From: a virus
Taxonomy: Duplodnaviria > Caudoviricetes
DNA: 54,905 bases
Direction: 5' to 3' (one strand)
Virus record (IMG/VR): IMGVR_UViG_3300035138_000057
Location: 1 to 54,905 of that record
Part shown: positions 9,486 through 18,068 of the stretch, one piece after another
How the letters are laid out: every line of letters starts with the position of its first letter
Numbering within the stretch: position 1 is the first letter of the stretch
Translations under genes and position numbers: made by a program
Notes under the pieces: generated by a model
Databases searched by the model: none
What the model was told of the DNA's origin: nothing
What the model saw: only the letters and a program-made list of their open reading frames with translations

Positions 9486-10895
9486 TCACAGAAGAACGAT
9501 GTCCTTATACTTAATCAAGAGCTCGGTAACCAGCCACACCAACGCATCGATCCGGTTGGGAGACTCGTTCGACCTCGATGCGTCCCAAGTACACATCTCG
9601 TCCTCGAGCAGCGGCAGCTCACCCACGTGATGCACCAAACCCTGCTCGTAGAGAGCGTGCACCGGTTCAGCACGCGCCCGCTTACCCTTCGACGCTCGCA
9701 CACCCTTGCACACCACACCGGGATCAACACCGTTGATAATGGTCTGCACCATGTCACCGCCCTGGTTAGTCTCGTAGACCACCATGTCCAAGTCACTATC
9801 TTGCAACCTGCGTATCGCCACCTTCGCTGCGGTCAACGGTGTCGCCTTCAACGTGTCGTCCCCGCAAACGTACACATGCCCGTCGGTTCCCCTTCCACCC
9901 CAGATCTGACCCCATGCATCGGAAGTTTCGGTGTTCGTTGTAGACGGATCCAACGACGTGATCCCCACCACGAACTCCGGATGACTATCCCGCCGAAACT
10001 GCTGGATCAGCTTACGCGACCACAACGCTCCCGGCACCTCGGCCGACCACGCTTCCTCGGGGGTAGCTGGGTACTCACGCCGAAACCTGTGCACCCCGAA
10101 GAGCTCCCGCACCTTGCCTCGACGCCACACCAGTTGCTCGTTCGTTACCTCATACTTTGTTTTGTACTCGACCTCCTCCGCAGTTAGCTCGAAGTCGTCA
10201 GGTAGCTGCTCCTGGTACTCACTCTGCCAAAACCACGGCACGAAGATCGGAATGTAACCTGAGTCTCCTTTAATGGCATCACTCCAGTATTTCCAAAATA
10301 ATCCGCGTGGTCCAACCGACGTGCTCTCGAGGATCACCTCGGATCCACTACCAGGAACCATCTGAAGAGCTCCAGCCGCGTGGTCCTCCGCGTTCGGCCA
10401 GAACGCCACCTCGCTGCCGTGAAAATACTGAATCGTGTCCGAACGACCAGTACCCTTCCCGCCCGCAGTGGCCACCCGGTAACCGCTGTCGAGCTTCCCG
10501 AAGACCAACTCCTTCGCGTTCGACGCGGCGAGCTTCGGTCGTACCTGCGATGGACTATTGCGGTAGTACCGATCCGTCATATCGAAGATCGTTTGCGTGC
10601 TCTCGTCCTTGTGAGTCAGGATGAAAGCACGCATCCCCCGAGCATGGATCAACTGATGGTAGAACCGAGCCTGCACGTAGGTGGAGATCCCCTGTTGCCG
10701 CCCTTTCAAAATTATCGCCCTCACCCTACCGGTCTGCTTCTTTTGCTTCTCGAGCCACTCGTGTACATACCGCTGCGCGCTGTTCAACCTTAGAGGGATG
10801 ACCTGTCCGTCCTTCGCTCGGATCCGAAGGCATTTCGCCGCGAAAAAATTGAAGTCGTCGCGCAACCGACGACGCATGGTAAGCTCGTCGGTCAT
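9486..10895 (-). CDS. terL: Terminase large subunit
   Basis: LKGRQQGIST Walker A, HGSEVAFW Walker B, ILEST coupling motif; RNase H-like LDPS, YETNQGG, RIDALVW. Confidence 0.96.
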   Translation of the reverse strand: MTDELTMRRRLRDDFNFFAAKCLRIRAKDGQVIPLRLNSAQRYVHEWLEKQKKQTGRVRAIILKGRQQGISTYVQARFYHQLIHARGMRAFILTHKDESTQTIFDMTDRYYRNSPSQVRPKLAASNAKELVFGKLDSGYRVATAGGKGTGRSDTIQYFHGSEVAFWPNAEDHAAGALQMVPGSGSEVILESTSVGPRGLFWKYWSDAIKGDSGYIPIFVPWFWQSEYQEQLPDDFELTAEEVEYKTKYEVTNEQLVWRRGKVRELFGVHRFRREYPATPEEAWSAEVPGALWSRKLIQQFRRDSHPEFVVGITSLDPSTTNTETSDAWGQIWGGRGTDGHVYVCGDDTLKATPLTAAKVAIRRLQDSDLDMVVYETNQGGDMVQTIINGVDPGVVCKGVRASKGKRARAEPVHALYEQGLVHHVGELPLLEDEMCTWDASRSNESPNRIDALVWLVTELLIKYKDIVLL

Positions 10896-11212
10896 TAAAA
10901 AGAACCCGTACGATCTACACCAGCACTGGGTACAGGCGTCGGAGGTGGTTTACTCAAACCACTACCACCTTGAGGAGGGGTCGCCTTCTTCGGTCGCTTG
11001 AACCATGCATAAGCATCGTCGCGCGTCGGACAGCACACAGTGCAGACAAAACGCTCCACCGGACGCCCACGTAAACCTTTAAACCACCAACCAACACCCC
11101 AACCAAACTCACGACGAAACTCTTGCTTGCACTTCTCACACCACAACCACTGAAACAACCTCCACACCTGCCCAACACAAGCCTTCTCTCTATCTTCATG
11201 AGTTCGCTTCAT
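10895..11212 (-). CDS. Hypothetical Cys-rich (Zn-finger-like) protein
   Basis: CEKC and CTVCC; start/stop overlaps with terS and terL. Confidence 0.6.
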   Translation of the reverse strand: MKRTHEDREKACVGQVWRLFQWLWCEKCKQEFRREFGWGVGWWFKGLRGRPVERFVCTVCCPTRDDAYAWFKRPKKATPPQGGSGLSKPPPTPVPSAGVDRTGSF

Positions 11213-11694
11213 TCCGTCTCCTCCATCTTCTTCAACCAGTCCTCGTGGCTGGCCGTCGCATCCACCTTCACCGGCGCGTCGAGCCCCCAGAGCTTCGCCA
11301 TCCGATCCATGAGCTTCACGACCCGATCCACCGCCTTCATGTTGATCTCCTGCTTACCCTTGATCGCCTTGGGAAGCAGGTTCCTCAACATCGCCTCGAT
11401 GCGCCGGGTCTCGATCCTGCGCAACTCGATAGCCTTGTCGGTCGTCGACTGCGCCAGGTCCTCCAACACGCGCTTCACCATCTTATGCGCGGCGGCACCA
11501 GACACCCCGAGCTGCCTGCCGATCTCGCGATATGAATTCCCGAGGATACGGAGGTCAAAAGCTTTATCCTCTTGCGTGCGCGCCTTCGAGCGTCGACCCG
11601 ACGTAGCAGATTCAGCGGTGCGCCGACGAGACTTTTTCGCTCGCGTGACTTTCTTTTGAGTAGCTTTCCTCTTAGTATACTTCTTTCCCGGCAT
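11209..11694 (-). CDS. terS: Terminase small subunit
   Basis: HTH (SYREIGRQLGVS), AVDRVVKLMDRMAKLWGLDAP, position upstream of terL. Confidence 0.85.
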   Translation of the reverse strand: MPGKKYTKRKATQKKVTRAKKSRRRTAESATSGRRSKARTQEDKAFDLRILGNSYREIGRQLGVSGAAAHKMVKRVLEDLAQSTTDKAIELRRIETRRIEAMLRNLLPKAIKGKQEINMKAVDRVVKLMDRMAKLWGLDAPVKVDATASHEDWLKKMEETE

Positions 11695-11709
11695 GTCAAC
11701 TCCAGACTG

Positions 11710-12024
11710 TCACTGACTGAATACATGCTTCTGCAGCTCGGCGATCGCTTCCGCTGCGGACCAAGCCAGCACCACTTGCCACCCCGCCTCCCGGAACCGC
11801 TCGAGCCACTTGTGCTGCTGCTCGGTAATGTCCTTGCGCCGGCATTTGAGCAACACCACCGCGCCGACGCTTCCTACGCGTACCGGCTGATCCAGGATCA
11901 ACACCGTCGGAGCACCCCGCTGCTTGTCGTGCTCACCAAGACGCAGGTACCACGCCTCACCGTTGCTCAACCACTCGACCAGCTTCGCGAGCTCGAGGTC
12001 TACCGGACGCCGCTTCGTTCTCAT
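11710..12024 (-). CDS. VRR-NUC-like protein, apparently degenerate
   Basis: TEQQHKWLERFREAGWQVVLAWSAAEAI C-terminal signature; PD and ExK residues absent. Confidence 0.65.
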   Translation of the reverse strand: MRTKRRPVDLELAKLVEWLSNGEAWYLRLGEHDKQRGAPTVLILDQPVRVGSVGAVVLLKCRRKDITEQQHKWLERFREAGWQVVLAWSAAEAIAELQKHVFSQ

Positions 12025-12099
12025 GCAACCATGGTACACCCGATCCACCAACGTTTGAAAGTACCGCCGCACCCTTTTGCCGGCCGATGTCGTGCTAAA

Positions 12100-12420
12100 C
12101 CGTATTAGTAAACCGGTGTATTTAGTATAGGCGGTAAAAACGCACGGGGACAGGGTTGGTTCCTTTAAAGTCCCCCTGCTGTACCTTTTTTCTCTATATT
12201 ATTTATATACTTATCTTAGGGGGTCAGGGGGTCAGGGAGAAGTAGTAGTAATAATAGTAATAAAAAACGGTGGTATAGTAATATATATAGGTATTAGGGG
12301 GGAAGGTATAGGGGCGGTTTTCGCTTGTCCCCCCTGACCCCAGGTGTTCTTTCTTGGAAACATTGTGTTTTAGTGGACAGGGTGGTCAGCCGATCACCCT
12401 GATGTTGCTGGTTTCGGTGT
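12100..12420. other. AT-rich non-coding region at the strand switch, candidate origin/packaging region
   Basis: No ORF; low GC; AGGGGGTC tandem repeat at 12218-12237 and inverted copy at 12329-12341. Confidence 0.6.
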
Positions 12421-12427
12421 TGCTCGT

Positions 12428-12456
12428 TTGCCAAATCGTTCCTTCTATATTATTAT
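12428..12456 (+). promoter_or_regulatory. Sigma70-type promoter
   Basis: TTGCCA-17 bp-TATTAT upstream of ORF 12502. Confidence 0.75.
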
Positions 12457-12501
12457 GTATAGGTTTGATGTGCGGTTGCTCAACTAGGTTATCTGGAGGA
12501 G

Positions 12502-12843
12502 GTGTGGAAAATGGCTCGTGGGACTAACGGTAAGATCTTCGTCGAGATAGATCCGGATCTGAAGTATCGCCTAGGCGTGAAGTTGACACGCGATAAGAGT
12601 ACCCTTAAAAATTGGGTCCGTCGAAAAGCGATCGAGGATACTAAGGACGTACCCGTGAAAACCGCGGACCTCTTGAGTGCGGTTGCAGGTCTTTTGAGCA
12701 CGGCTGTAGATCTTTTGAGCACGGCTCAGAAGACCGGGGGCACAGCCGGCGCCGTTGCTGGTTGCTCGACTGACCACGGAAAGCAGCCCGAAGCCAATGG
12801 TGGGGGCAAGACAGCCAGGAAGTCGCGCAAGTCGAAGTACTGA
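12502..12843 (+). CDS. Putative ribbon-helix-helix DNA-binding regulator
   Basis: KIFVEIDPDLKYRLGVKLTRDKSTLKNWV strand-helix-helix pattern; GGAGGAGG RBS. Confidence 0.6.
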   Translation: MWKMARGTNGKIFVEIDPDLKYRLGVKLTRDKSTLKNWVRRKAIEDTKDVPVKTADLLSAVAGLLSTAVDLLSTAQKTGGTAGAVAGCSTDHGKQPEANGGGKTARKSRKSKY

Positions 12844-12972
12844 TCGTGGCGGGCTCCCGTGCCTTGCGGTTGTCCTCGTTCTCGTGGTACAGTCGGCGTA
12901 ACTGGCACCCGCGCGTGGCGGTCTTCGGACCTCTCAGCTGCGACCGCGCGCGGGTGCTGAGAACCGCAGCTG

Positions 12973-14964
12973 ATGACATCACGCAGGAAGAAAGCCAAAC
13001 CAAGCAAGAAGACGTCGTGGTCGGCGCTCGCTCGCGAGCGGTTGGCCACCTACGGGTTGACCGTTGCTGATGCCAAGCAGCTCGGGATCGAGGAGCTCTC
13101 CGCGAAGTGCACCGCGCAGCTGCTCTCGACCATGCGGTCACCTCCTGAGCTGCCCTCCCTGTTGTTTCGGTACCACGACGTGCACGGCACTCAGCGCGAA
13201 GGGGTGTGGCGCTTGCGGCTGCTGGAGTTGCCAACAGGATCCTTCGGAGAGCGCAAGCAGCTCGGCAAGTACCTGCAGGAGCCTGGCACCCCGCCGGTGA
13301 TCTACTGGCCACGGACGCGCGCGTGGTCGAAGCTGATTACGCACCCGAGCGAAACCATCTTGATCACCGAAGGGGAAGGAAAGGCTGCGTGCGCGGCGAA
13401 GCACGGTTACGCGTGCCTCGGGCTCGGTGGCGTGTGGTCCTGGCGCAGCAAGAGGCACGACTGGTCGATCCTGCCGGAGCTGCTCGAAGTGACGTGGGCC
13501 GGGCGCGAGGTGATCGTGGTCTTCGACAGCGACGGGCGGCGCAACGAGCAGGTCTGCTTAGCGGCGGCGCAGCTTACCCGACAGCTGCAGCACCGCGGTG
13601 CTCGGACCAAGGTGGTCTTCCTGCCCGACCTCGACGGTCACGACAAGGTCGGCCTCGACGACTTCATCGTGTTGCGGGGGCCGGAAGCCTTCGACGCCCT
13701 GCTCGAGGACGGGGAGGAGTACGAGGTCTCGTTGCCGAAGCGGCTGACCGTGGCGGACCTCGGGGCCATCCTGAGGTACGACGCGTGGGACGCGCAGCCC
13801 ACCCACTGGTCCGGCGCGCTCGAGTACAACGAGTGCACGCAGGAGCTGTGCTTGGGGCGGCGTCCGTACAAGCTCGACGACCTGATCACCGAGCTGCGTG
13901 CAGAACTAGCTGGCAAGGGAGCACACGCGGCGAAGGAGGACATCGCGGACGTGGCGCTGCACCTCGCGCGGGACCAGGGCTATCACCCGGTGCGGGAGTA
14001 CCTGTTGGAGCTCGGCCCGCCGCCTCGGGGGGCGTGGCTCGAACGCTTGGTGACGCAGGCCTTCCGTCTCGAGCAGGACGAGCTGTCGGTTACCTTAATA
14101 AGGAAGTTCGCGATCAGCGCGGTGGCGCGAGCGCTCGACCCGGGGTGCAAGGTGGACACGGCGCTGATCCTGGTCGGTCCTCAGGGATGGCGCAAGAGCT
14201 CGTTTTTCGGGGCGCTGTTCGGGTCGGATTACCTAGGTGATACGGTGATCGATCTGAGGCAGATCAAAGATTCGATCCTCGCGCTGCACCGATGCTGGTG
14301 CTACGAGTGGCAGGAGATGCATACCTATAGGCGTGCGGATATCGAGAACATCAAAGGCTTCATCACGTCGCGGGCGGACATCGTACGGTTGCCCTACGAG
14401 CGCAGCCCGATCCGCAAGCCGCGGTGGACGGTGGTGGTCGGGTCGACGAACGACGACGCGTTCCTGACGGACCAAACCGGGTCGCGTCGCTTCTGGCCCG
14501 TCCCGGTTCCGTACCCGATCGACCTGGATTGGGTGGAAACGCACCGCGACGCGGTGTGGGCCGAAGCGGTGGAAGCGTACCAGGCTGGGGAGCCGTGGTG
14601 GCTCGATGAGGGGTCAAGGGAGGCCAGGCAGTTGTGGCACCGGCACGAGCAGCACGAGGTCGTCGACATTGTGGAGGAGCGGATCCGGTTGTACCTGCAG
14701 CGGCGGGCGGAGAACGGGATCGAGGAACCGCCGTCGGTGCTCGACGTGATCGACGGGGCGGGGTTGTCGGAGCGGGTTACCTCCTCGAGGATCGGGTTGG
14801 CTATGAAACGCTGCGGATACCGAGGTATTCGGCCTAAGGTAGCGAAGGGGAAGCCGGGGCCGACGCTGTACGTCCCGGAGGCCTGGCAGGGTCAGGTGCG
14901 GGATCTCAAGGGTCGGGCTCTCGAGGAGCTGCAGAAGCAACGGGCGAAGAAAAAGAAGTTTTGA
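12973..14964 (+). CDS. Primase (Toprim, DUF3854-like)-VapE/VirE helicase fusion
   Basis: ITEGEGKA, VVFDSD, KVGLDD Toprim motifs; YHPVREYL, GCKVD, GPQGWRKS, FLTDQTGSRRFWPV. Confidence 0.92.
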   Translation: MTSRRKKAKPSKKTSWSALARERLATYGLTVADAKQLGIEELSAKCTAQLLSTMRSPPELPSLLFRYHDVHGTQREGVWRLRLLELPTGSFGERKQLGKYLQEPGTPPVIYWPRTRAWSKLITHPSETILITEGEGKAACAAKHGYACLGLGGVWSWRSKRHDWSILPELLEVTWAGREVIVVFDSDGRRNEQVCLAAAQLTRQLQHRGARTKVVFLPDLDGHDKVGLDDFIVLRGPEAFDALLEDGEEYEVSLPKRLTVADLGAILRYDAWDAQPTHWSGALEYNECTQELCLGRRPYKLDDLITELRAELAGKGAHAAKEDIADVALHLARDQGYHPVREYLLELGPPPRGAWLERLVTQAFRLEQDELSVTLIRKFAISAVARALDPGCKVDTALILVGPQGWRKSSFFGALFGSDYLGDTVIDLRQIKDSILALHRCWCYEWQEMHTYRRADIENIKGFITSRADIVRLPYERSPIRKPRWTVVVGSTNDDAFLTDQTGSRRFWPVPVPYPIDLDWVETHRDAVWAEAVEAYQAGEPWWLDEGSREARQLWHRHEQHEVVDIVEERIRLYLQRRAENGIEEPPSVLDVIDGAGLSERVTSSRIGLAMKRCGYRGIRPKVAKGKPGPTLYVPEAWQGQVRDLKGRALEELQKQRAKKKKF

Positions 14965-14970
14965 GGTAAA

Positions 14971-15228
14971 GTGGTGAGTGGTAAGAGGTGCCAGCGGAAT
15001 CCTTCAGACAACGATCAGTCTTTGGACTGCGTTTTGAGTGACTGGCCGTCGCGGACTCTGCGTCGTCGTGGAGACCGGCGGTTGCGGATCATCGACGAGC
15101 AGGTGTTCGTGGTAGAGCGCGTCAAGGTGAGCCAGCTGAGCTACGAGCTGCTGTGTTCGGCGAGCACGCTGGGTGCGGCGGAGCGGTACTGGGGCAGGTG
15201 GGTAGGAGGTAGCGGTGAGGTTGTTTGA
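14971..15228 (+). CDS. Hypothetical protein
   Basis: ORF following primase with GAGG RBS. Confidence 0.4.
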   Translation: MVSGKRCQRNPSDNDQSLDCVLSDWPSRTLRRRGDRRLRIIDEQVFVVERVKVSQLSYELLCSASTLGAAERYWGRWVGGSGEVV

Positions 15229-15395
15229 GAAGTTTGTATATCACCATCATCCGAATTCGCGTAGGTTCAAGTGCCGGTGCGGCAGGGTTCACGAGTGGGG
15301 TAGGGACCCTACCGTACCAAAGAGGTGGCAGCCGGTACACAAGATAGTATGTTCGTGCGCTAGGATCCACCTTCGTGGGTAGGAGGTAGCGGTGA
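15198..15395 (+). repeat. 21-bp exact direct repeat GTGGGTAGGAGGTAGCGGTGA (15198-15218, 15375-15395)
   Basis: Read directly; each copy contains an RBS and GTG start. Confidence 0.9.
15215..15382 (+). CDS. Small 55-aa Cys/His protein (below the ORF track cutoff)
   Basis: GTG start after AGGAGG; motifs KCRCGRVH and VCSCARIH. Confidence 0.6.
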   Translation: MRLFEKFVYHHHPNSRRFKCRCGRVHEWGRDPTVPKRWQPVHKIVCSCARIHLRG

Positions 15396-15694
15396 TTGCC
15401 AAGTTGGTTGAACAGCTCCGCGAGCTGAAGGACAACGACGCGCGGGCGCTGGAGCTCGCGGTGCAGCTCTGGAACGAGTGCGTTCCGGTGGGGAGTCGGG
15501 TGAGCTACGATCGTTGGGGCGCGTGGCATGCGCAGGACTGGTCGGTCACCCGCGGGCCGGCGTTCGTGTGTAACGGGTTGCCGGTCGTGCGGATCAAGGG
15601 TATCATGGGTCCGGTGAGGTTGGATCGGGTAGAACCAAGGGACTACGATTCACGTGAAGCGATGGAGACCAAGCGGGTGGACTTCGATTTGTAG
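15392..15694 (+). CDS. Hypothetical phage protein
   Basis: WNECVPVGSRVSY domain, paralogous to the C-terminus of the next ORF. Confidence 0.75.
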   Translation: MIAKLVEQLRELKDNDARALELAVQLWNECVPVGSRVSYDRWGAWHAQDWSVTRGPAFVCNGLPVVRIKGIMGPVRLDRVEPRDYDSREAMETKRVDFDL

Positions 15695-15702
15695 GAGTAG
15701 AT

Positions 15703-16248
15703 GTGAACGAGATAAAGTTGAAGAGATTTTCCGCTGACTACTGCAACCCTCACAGTTTTCGCATGGTGGAAACCATCGACGGCCCGTGGTGTCACTACGC
15801 CGAGGTGAGTAGATTGCTCGACGTGCTCGTGGATCAGCTACGCCGGTCCGAGGCACAAAGGATTCAGATGGCGGTCAGGTGCACGCACCTCGATACCTGT
15901 CTGCGGGAAGGACATCACTTTGGCAGGTACGCGCACGAGGAAGCTAACTACGAGGAACCCGAGGTGTGCACGCGATGCGGGTACGTGGAGACCGAGGAGG
16001 ACCTGCGCCGGCAGGAGGGGGTTGATAGCCTCGAGCAGCAGGAGCACCTCGTAGCTACCTTTAACGGTAGTTACCCGGTTGGCACCGAGGTCTACTTTTG
16101 GAATTTGCCGCAGGAAGCTGCTCGTCCTCGCCGTTCGCGCACGAGGACCGTGGCACAGATCCTTTTCGGTCGGGCTGTCGTGTGGTTGGTAGGGCAACCC
16201 GGGTGCTGGGACCTGTCTCACGTTAGACCTGTCCCTCCTGGGTTGTGA
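15703..16248 (+). CDS. Hypothetical modular protein with Zn-ribbon
   Basis: CLREGHH..CTRCG motif and FNGSYPVGTEV domain. Confidence 0.75.
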   Translation: MNEIKLKRFSADYCNPHSFRMVETIDGPWCHYAEVSRLLDVLVDQLRRSEAQRIQMAVRCTHLDTCLREGHHFGRYAHEEANYEEPEVCTRCGYVETEEDLRRQEGVDSLEQQEHLVATFNGSYPVGTEVYFWNLPQEAARPRRSRTRTVAQILFGRAVVWLVGQPGCWDLSHVRPVPPGL

Positions 16249-16466
16249 GGAAGGTCCTCGTGGCTGGGCTGGATCCGATAACTTCTGAGCGCGTCAACGA
16301 GCTGTTGACTCAGTTGGCTCGCCTGTTTAGATCGGACTGCGAGTGCACCTTCGTTATGCGTCGACCAGGTGATCCTGAGTGCGAGTTGGTGGCGTCGAAC
16401 GACGACCTGGACGAGGTGATCCAGGTGCTGCAGCGGAGCAAGCAGCGAGAGGGGAACGATGGCTAG
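16245..16466 (+). CDS. Hypothetical protein
   Basis: Translationally coupled ORF. Confidence 0.65.
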   Translation: MRKVLVAGLDPITSERVNELLTQLARLFRSDCECTFVMRRPGDPECELVASNDDLDEVIQVLQRSKQREGNDG

Positions 16467-16644
16467 TAGGAAGCACGCGGACTTGCATGATAGGTTGGGT
16501 TCGCTGAACGTGAAGCTCACCGAGCTCCTGGCTGAGAAGCAGCTGTTGGAAAAGCTGATCGCGAAGCAGGAGGAGATCGAGCGGGTGACGGAAGACATCT
16601 CGAAGCTCAAGGAGAAGTTGAGCGAAGGAGAGCGTGATGGCTAA
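16459..16644 (+). CDS. Small coiled-coil protein
   Basis: Heptad Leu/Glu/Lys pattern, RBS. Confidence 0.65.
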   Translation: MASRKHADLHDRLGSLNVKLTELLAEKQLLEKLIAKQEEIERVTEDISKLKEKLSEGERDG

Positions 16645-17089
16645 AAGGGACATCGTGGTGCGGATCGAGTTGGATCCGGAGAACCAAGCTCAGCTGCAGG
16701 AGTTGTTCAACGTGCACTTGCTCGAGGTGCTCAACCGGGCCGTGGCGGAGGACCATGAAGCGGTGGAGGCACTGCTCCTGCACAGGGTGAAATGCAATCG
16801 GGCGTTGACGGAGGACCTGACAATTCAGGTGGGGTTGATTGATGTTGAATCTGAGGAATTCGATGTTGGTCTGATGGGCATCTTGTCGGGTTTAGCTGGG
16901 ACGCGTGAGGACGGGTATTCGCGGATTGCGTCGGTGTGGGACATATATTGTTCGGTCTGCGATCAGGTCATTCTTAACATCAATACTATTGAGTTTCCAT
17001 GCAATGTTTGTGGTGGAGAGCTCATACGTCGCTTACGCGGCTTCGAGCGAACGCGGGAGTGTCCGGAAAACGGTCCGCGTATGGTGTGA
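16634..17089 (+). CDS. Hypothetical protein with C-terminal Zn ribbon
   Basis: CSVC..CNVCGG; coupled ORF. Confidence 0.7.
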   Translation: MMAKRDIVVRIELDPENQAQLQELFNVHLLEVLNRAVAEDHEAVEALLLHRVKCNRALTEDLTIQVGLIDVESEEFDVGLMGILSGLAGTREDGYSRIASVWDIYCSVCDQVILNINTIEFPCNVCGGELIRRLRGFERTRECPENGPRMV

Positions 17090-17301
17090 TGGAGATCGCT
17101 ATGAAGGTGTTTCGGGTATACAACGGCATGATGGGTTTTAGCGCGGTACACCGGATCGTTGTAGCGGAGAGCAGTGAGGAGGCCGTAAAGATGGTGGTCG
17201 CGGCGGTATCCGTTATTAAAGATACGTGGTCTAATATAACTAAACTTAGTGCTGAGGAAGTGGTACTGATCGACGGGGTGGAGGTCGAGGACTACGATTA
17301 A
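17089..17301 (+). CDS. Hypothetical protein
   Basis: [13 protein letters not shown] motif typical of small phage proteins; start uncertain. Confidence 0.6.
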   Translation: MEIAMKVFRVYNGMMGFSAVHRIVVAESSEEAVKMVVAAVSVIKDTWSNITKLSAEEVVLIDGVEVEDYD

Positions 17302-17351
17302 GCTCGCGAGCACGTCGCTCGCGTTTCGTGAAGGTGAAAGGTAGGTACGTC

Positions 17352-17555
17352 GTGAGAGGATCTTGTAAGTGGTTCAACGATCAAAAAGGCTTTGGTTTCA
17401 TCACTCCCGACGAGGGTGGTTCGGACGTGTTCGTGCATTTCTCGGCGATTCAAGGGGATGGCTTCAGAACCCTGTCCGAGGGGCAGAGGGTGGAGTACGA
17501 CCAGGTGAAGGGTCCGAAGGGGATCAGTGCCGAGCGCGTGCGGGTGCTGCGGTGA
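17352..17555 (+). CDS. cspA: Cold-shock domain RNA chaperone
   Basis: [14 protein letters not shown] (RNP1), DVFVHFSAI (RNP2), [11 protein letters not shown]. Confidence 0.96.
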   Translation: MRGSCKWFNDQKGFGFITPDEGGSDVFVHFSAIQGDGFRTLSEGQRVEYDQVKGPKGISAERVRVLR

Positions 17556-18058
17556 GGGTGCTAGATGGAAGGAGAAGACCTCGGGAACAACAGAAGTATG
17601 GTTGTCTATGGTCCCTAGTGAGGATTGATCCTGAGGATCGACACTTGCTCGATGAGCATGCCTGGAGTATCCAGAGAAGTAGGGGTAAATATTATGTAGT
17701 AGGTAATGATTGGGTGGGAGGTACGTATAGAAAAAGACATTTGCACAGGATGATTCTCGGAGATTTGGCAGGTGTAGAGGTTGATCATCGTAATGGTGAC
17801 GGGCTCGATAACCGTCGTTGTAACTTGCGTCTGTGTACCAGGGCACAAAATTGTCAATCCATGAAAATAGCCCCAGGTAAAGCCTCCTTGTTTCGTGGTG
17901 TTACCTGGCATGCAGCTAGTAACTCTTGGCGGGCACGCATATCTTTAGTTGGTAAACGATTGCATCTTGGTTTGTTCAGTGAGGAGCGTGCTGCAGCTAA
18001 AGCATATGATGATGCAGCTAAAGAACTACATGGGGAGTTCGCTATTTTGAATTTTTAG
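17552..18058 (+). CDS. HNH homing endonuclease with AP2 domain
   Basis: [45 protein letters not shown]; low GC. Confidence 0.93.
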   Translation: MRVLDGRRRPREQQKYGCLWSLVRIDPEDRHLLDEHAWSIQRSRGKYYVVGNDWVGGTYRKRHLHRMILGDLAGVEVDHRNGDGLDNRRCNLRLCTRAQNCQSMKIAPGKASLFRGVTWHAASNSWRARISLVGKRLHLGLFSEERAAAKAYDDAAKELHGEFAILNF

Positions 18059-18068
18059 GAGGTGGGCG

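Noticed and set aside
12661-12725. Imperfect 21-bp tandem repeat (TADLLSA/VAGLLST/AVDLLST)
   Set aside because: In-frame heptad protein repeat; no spacers, so not an array
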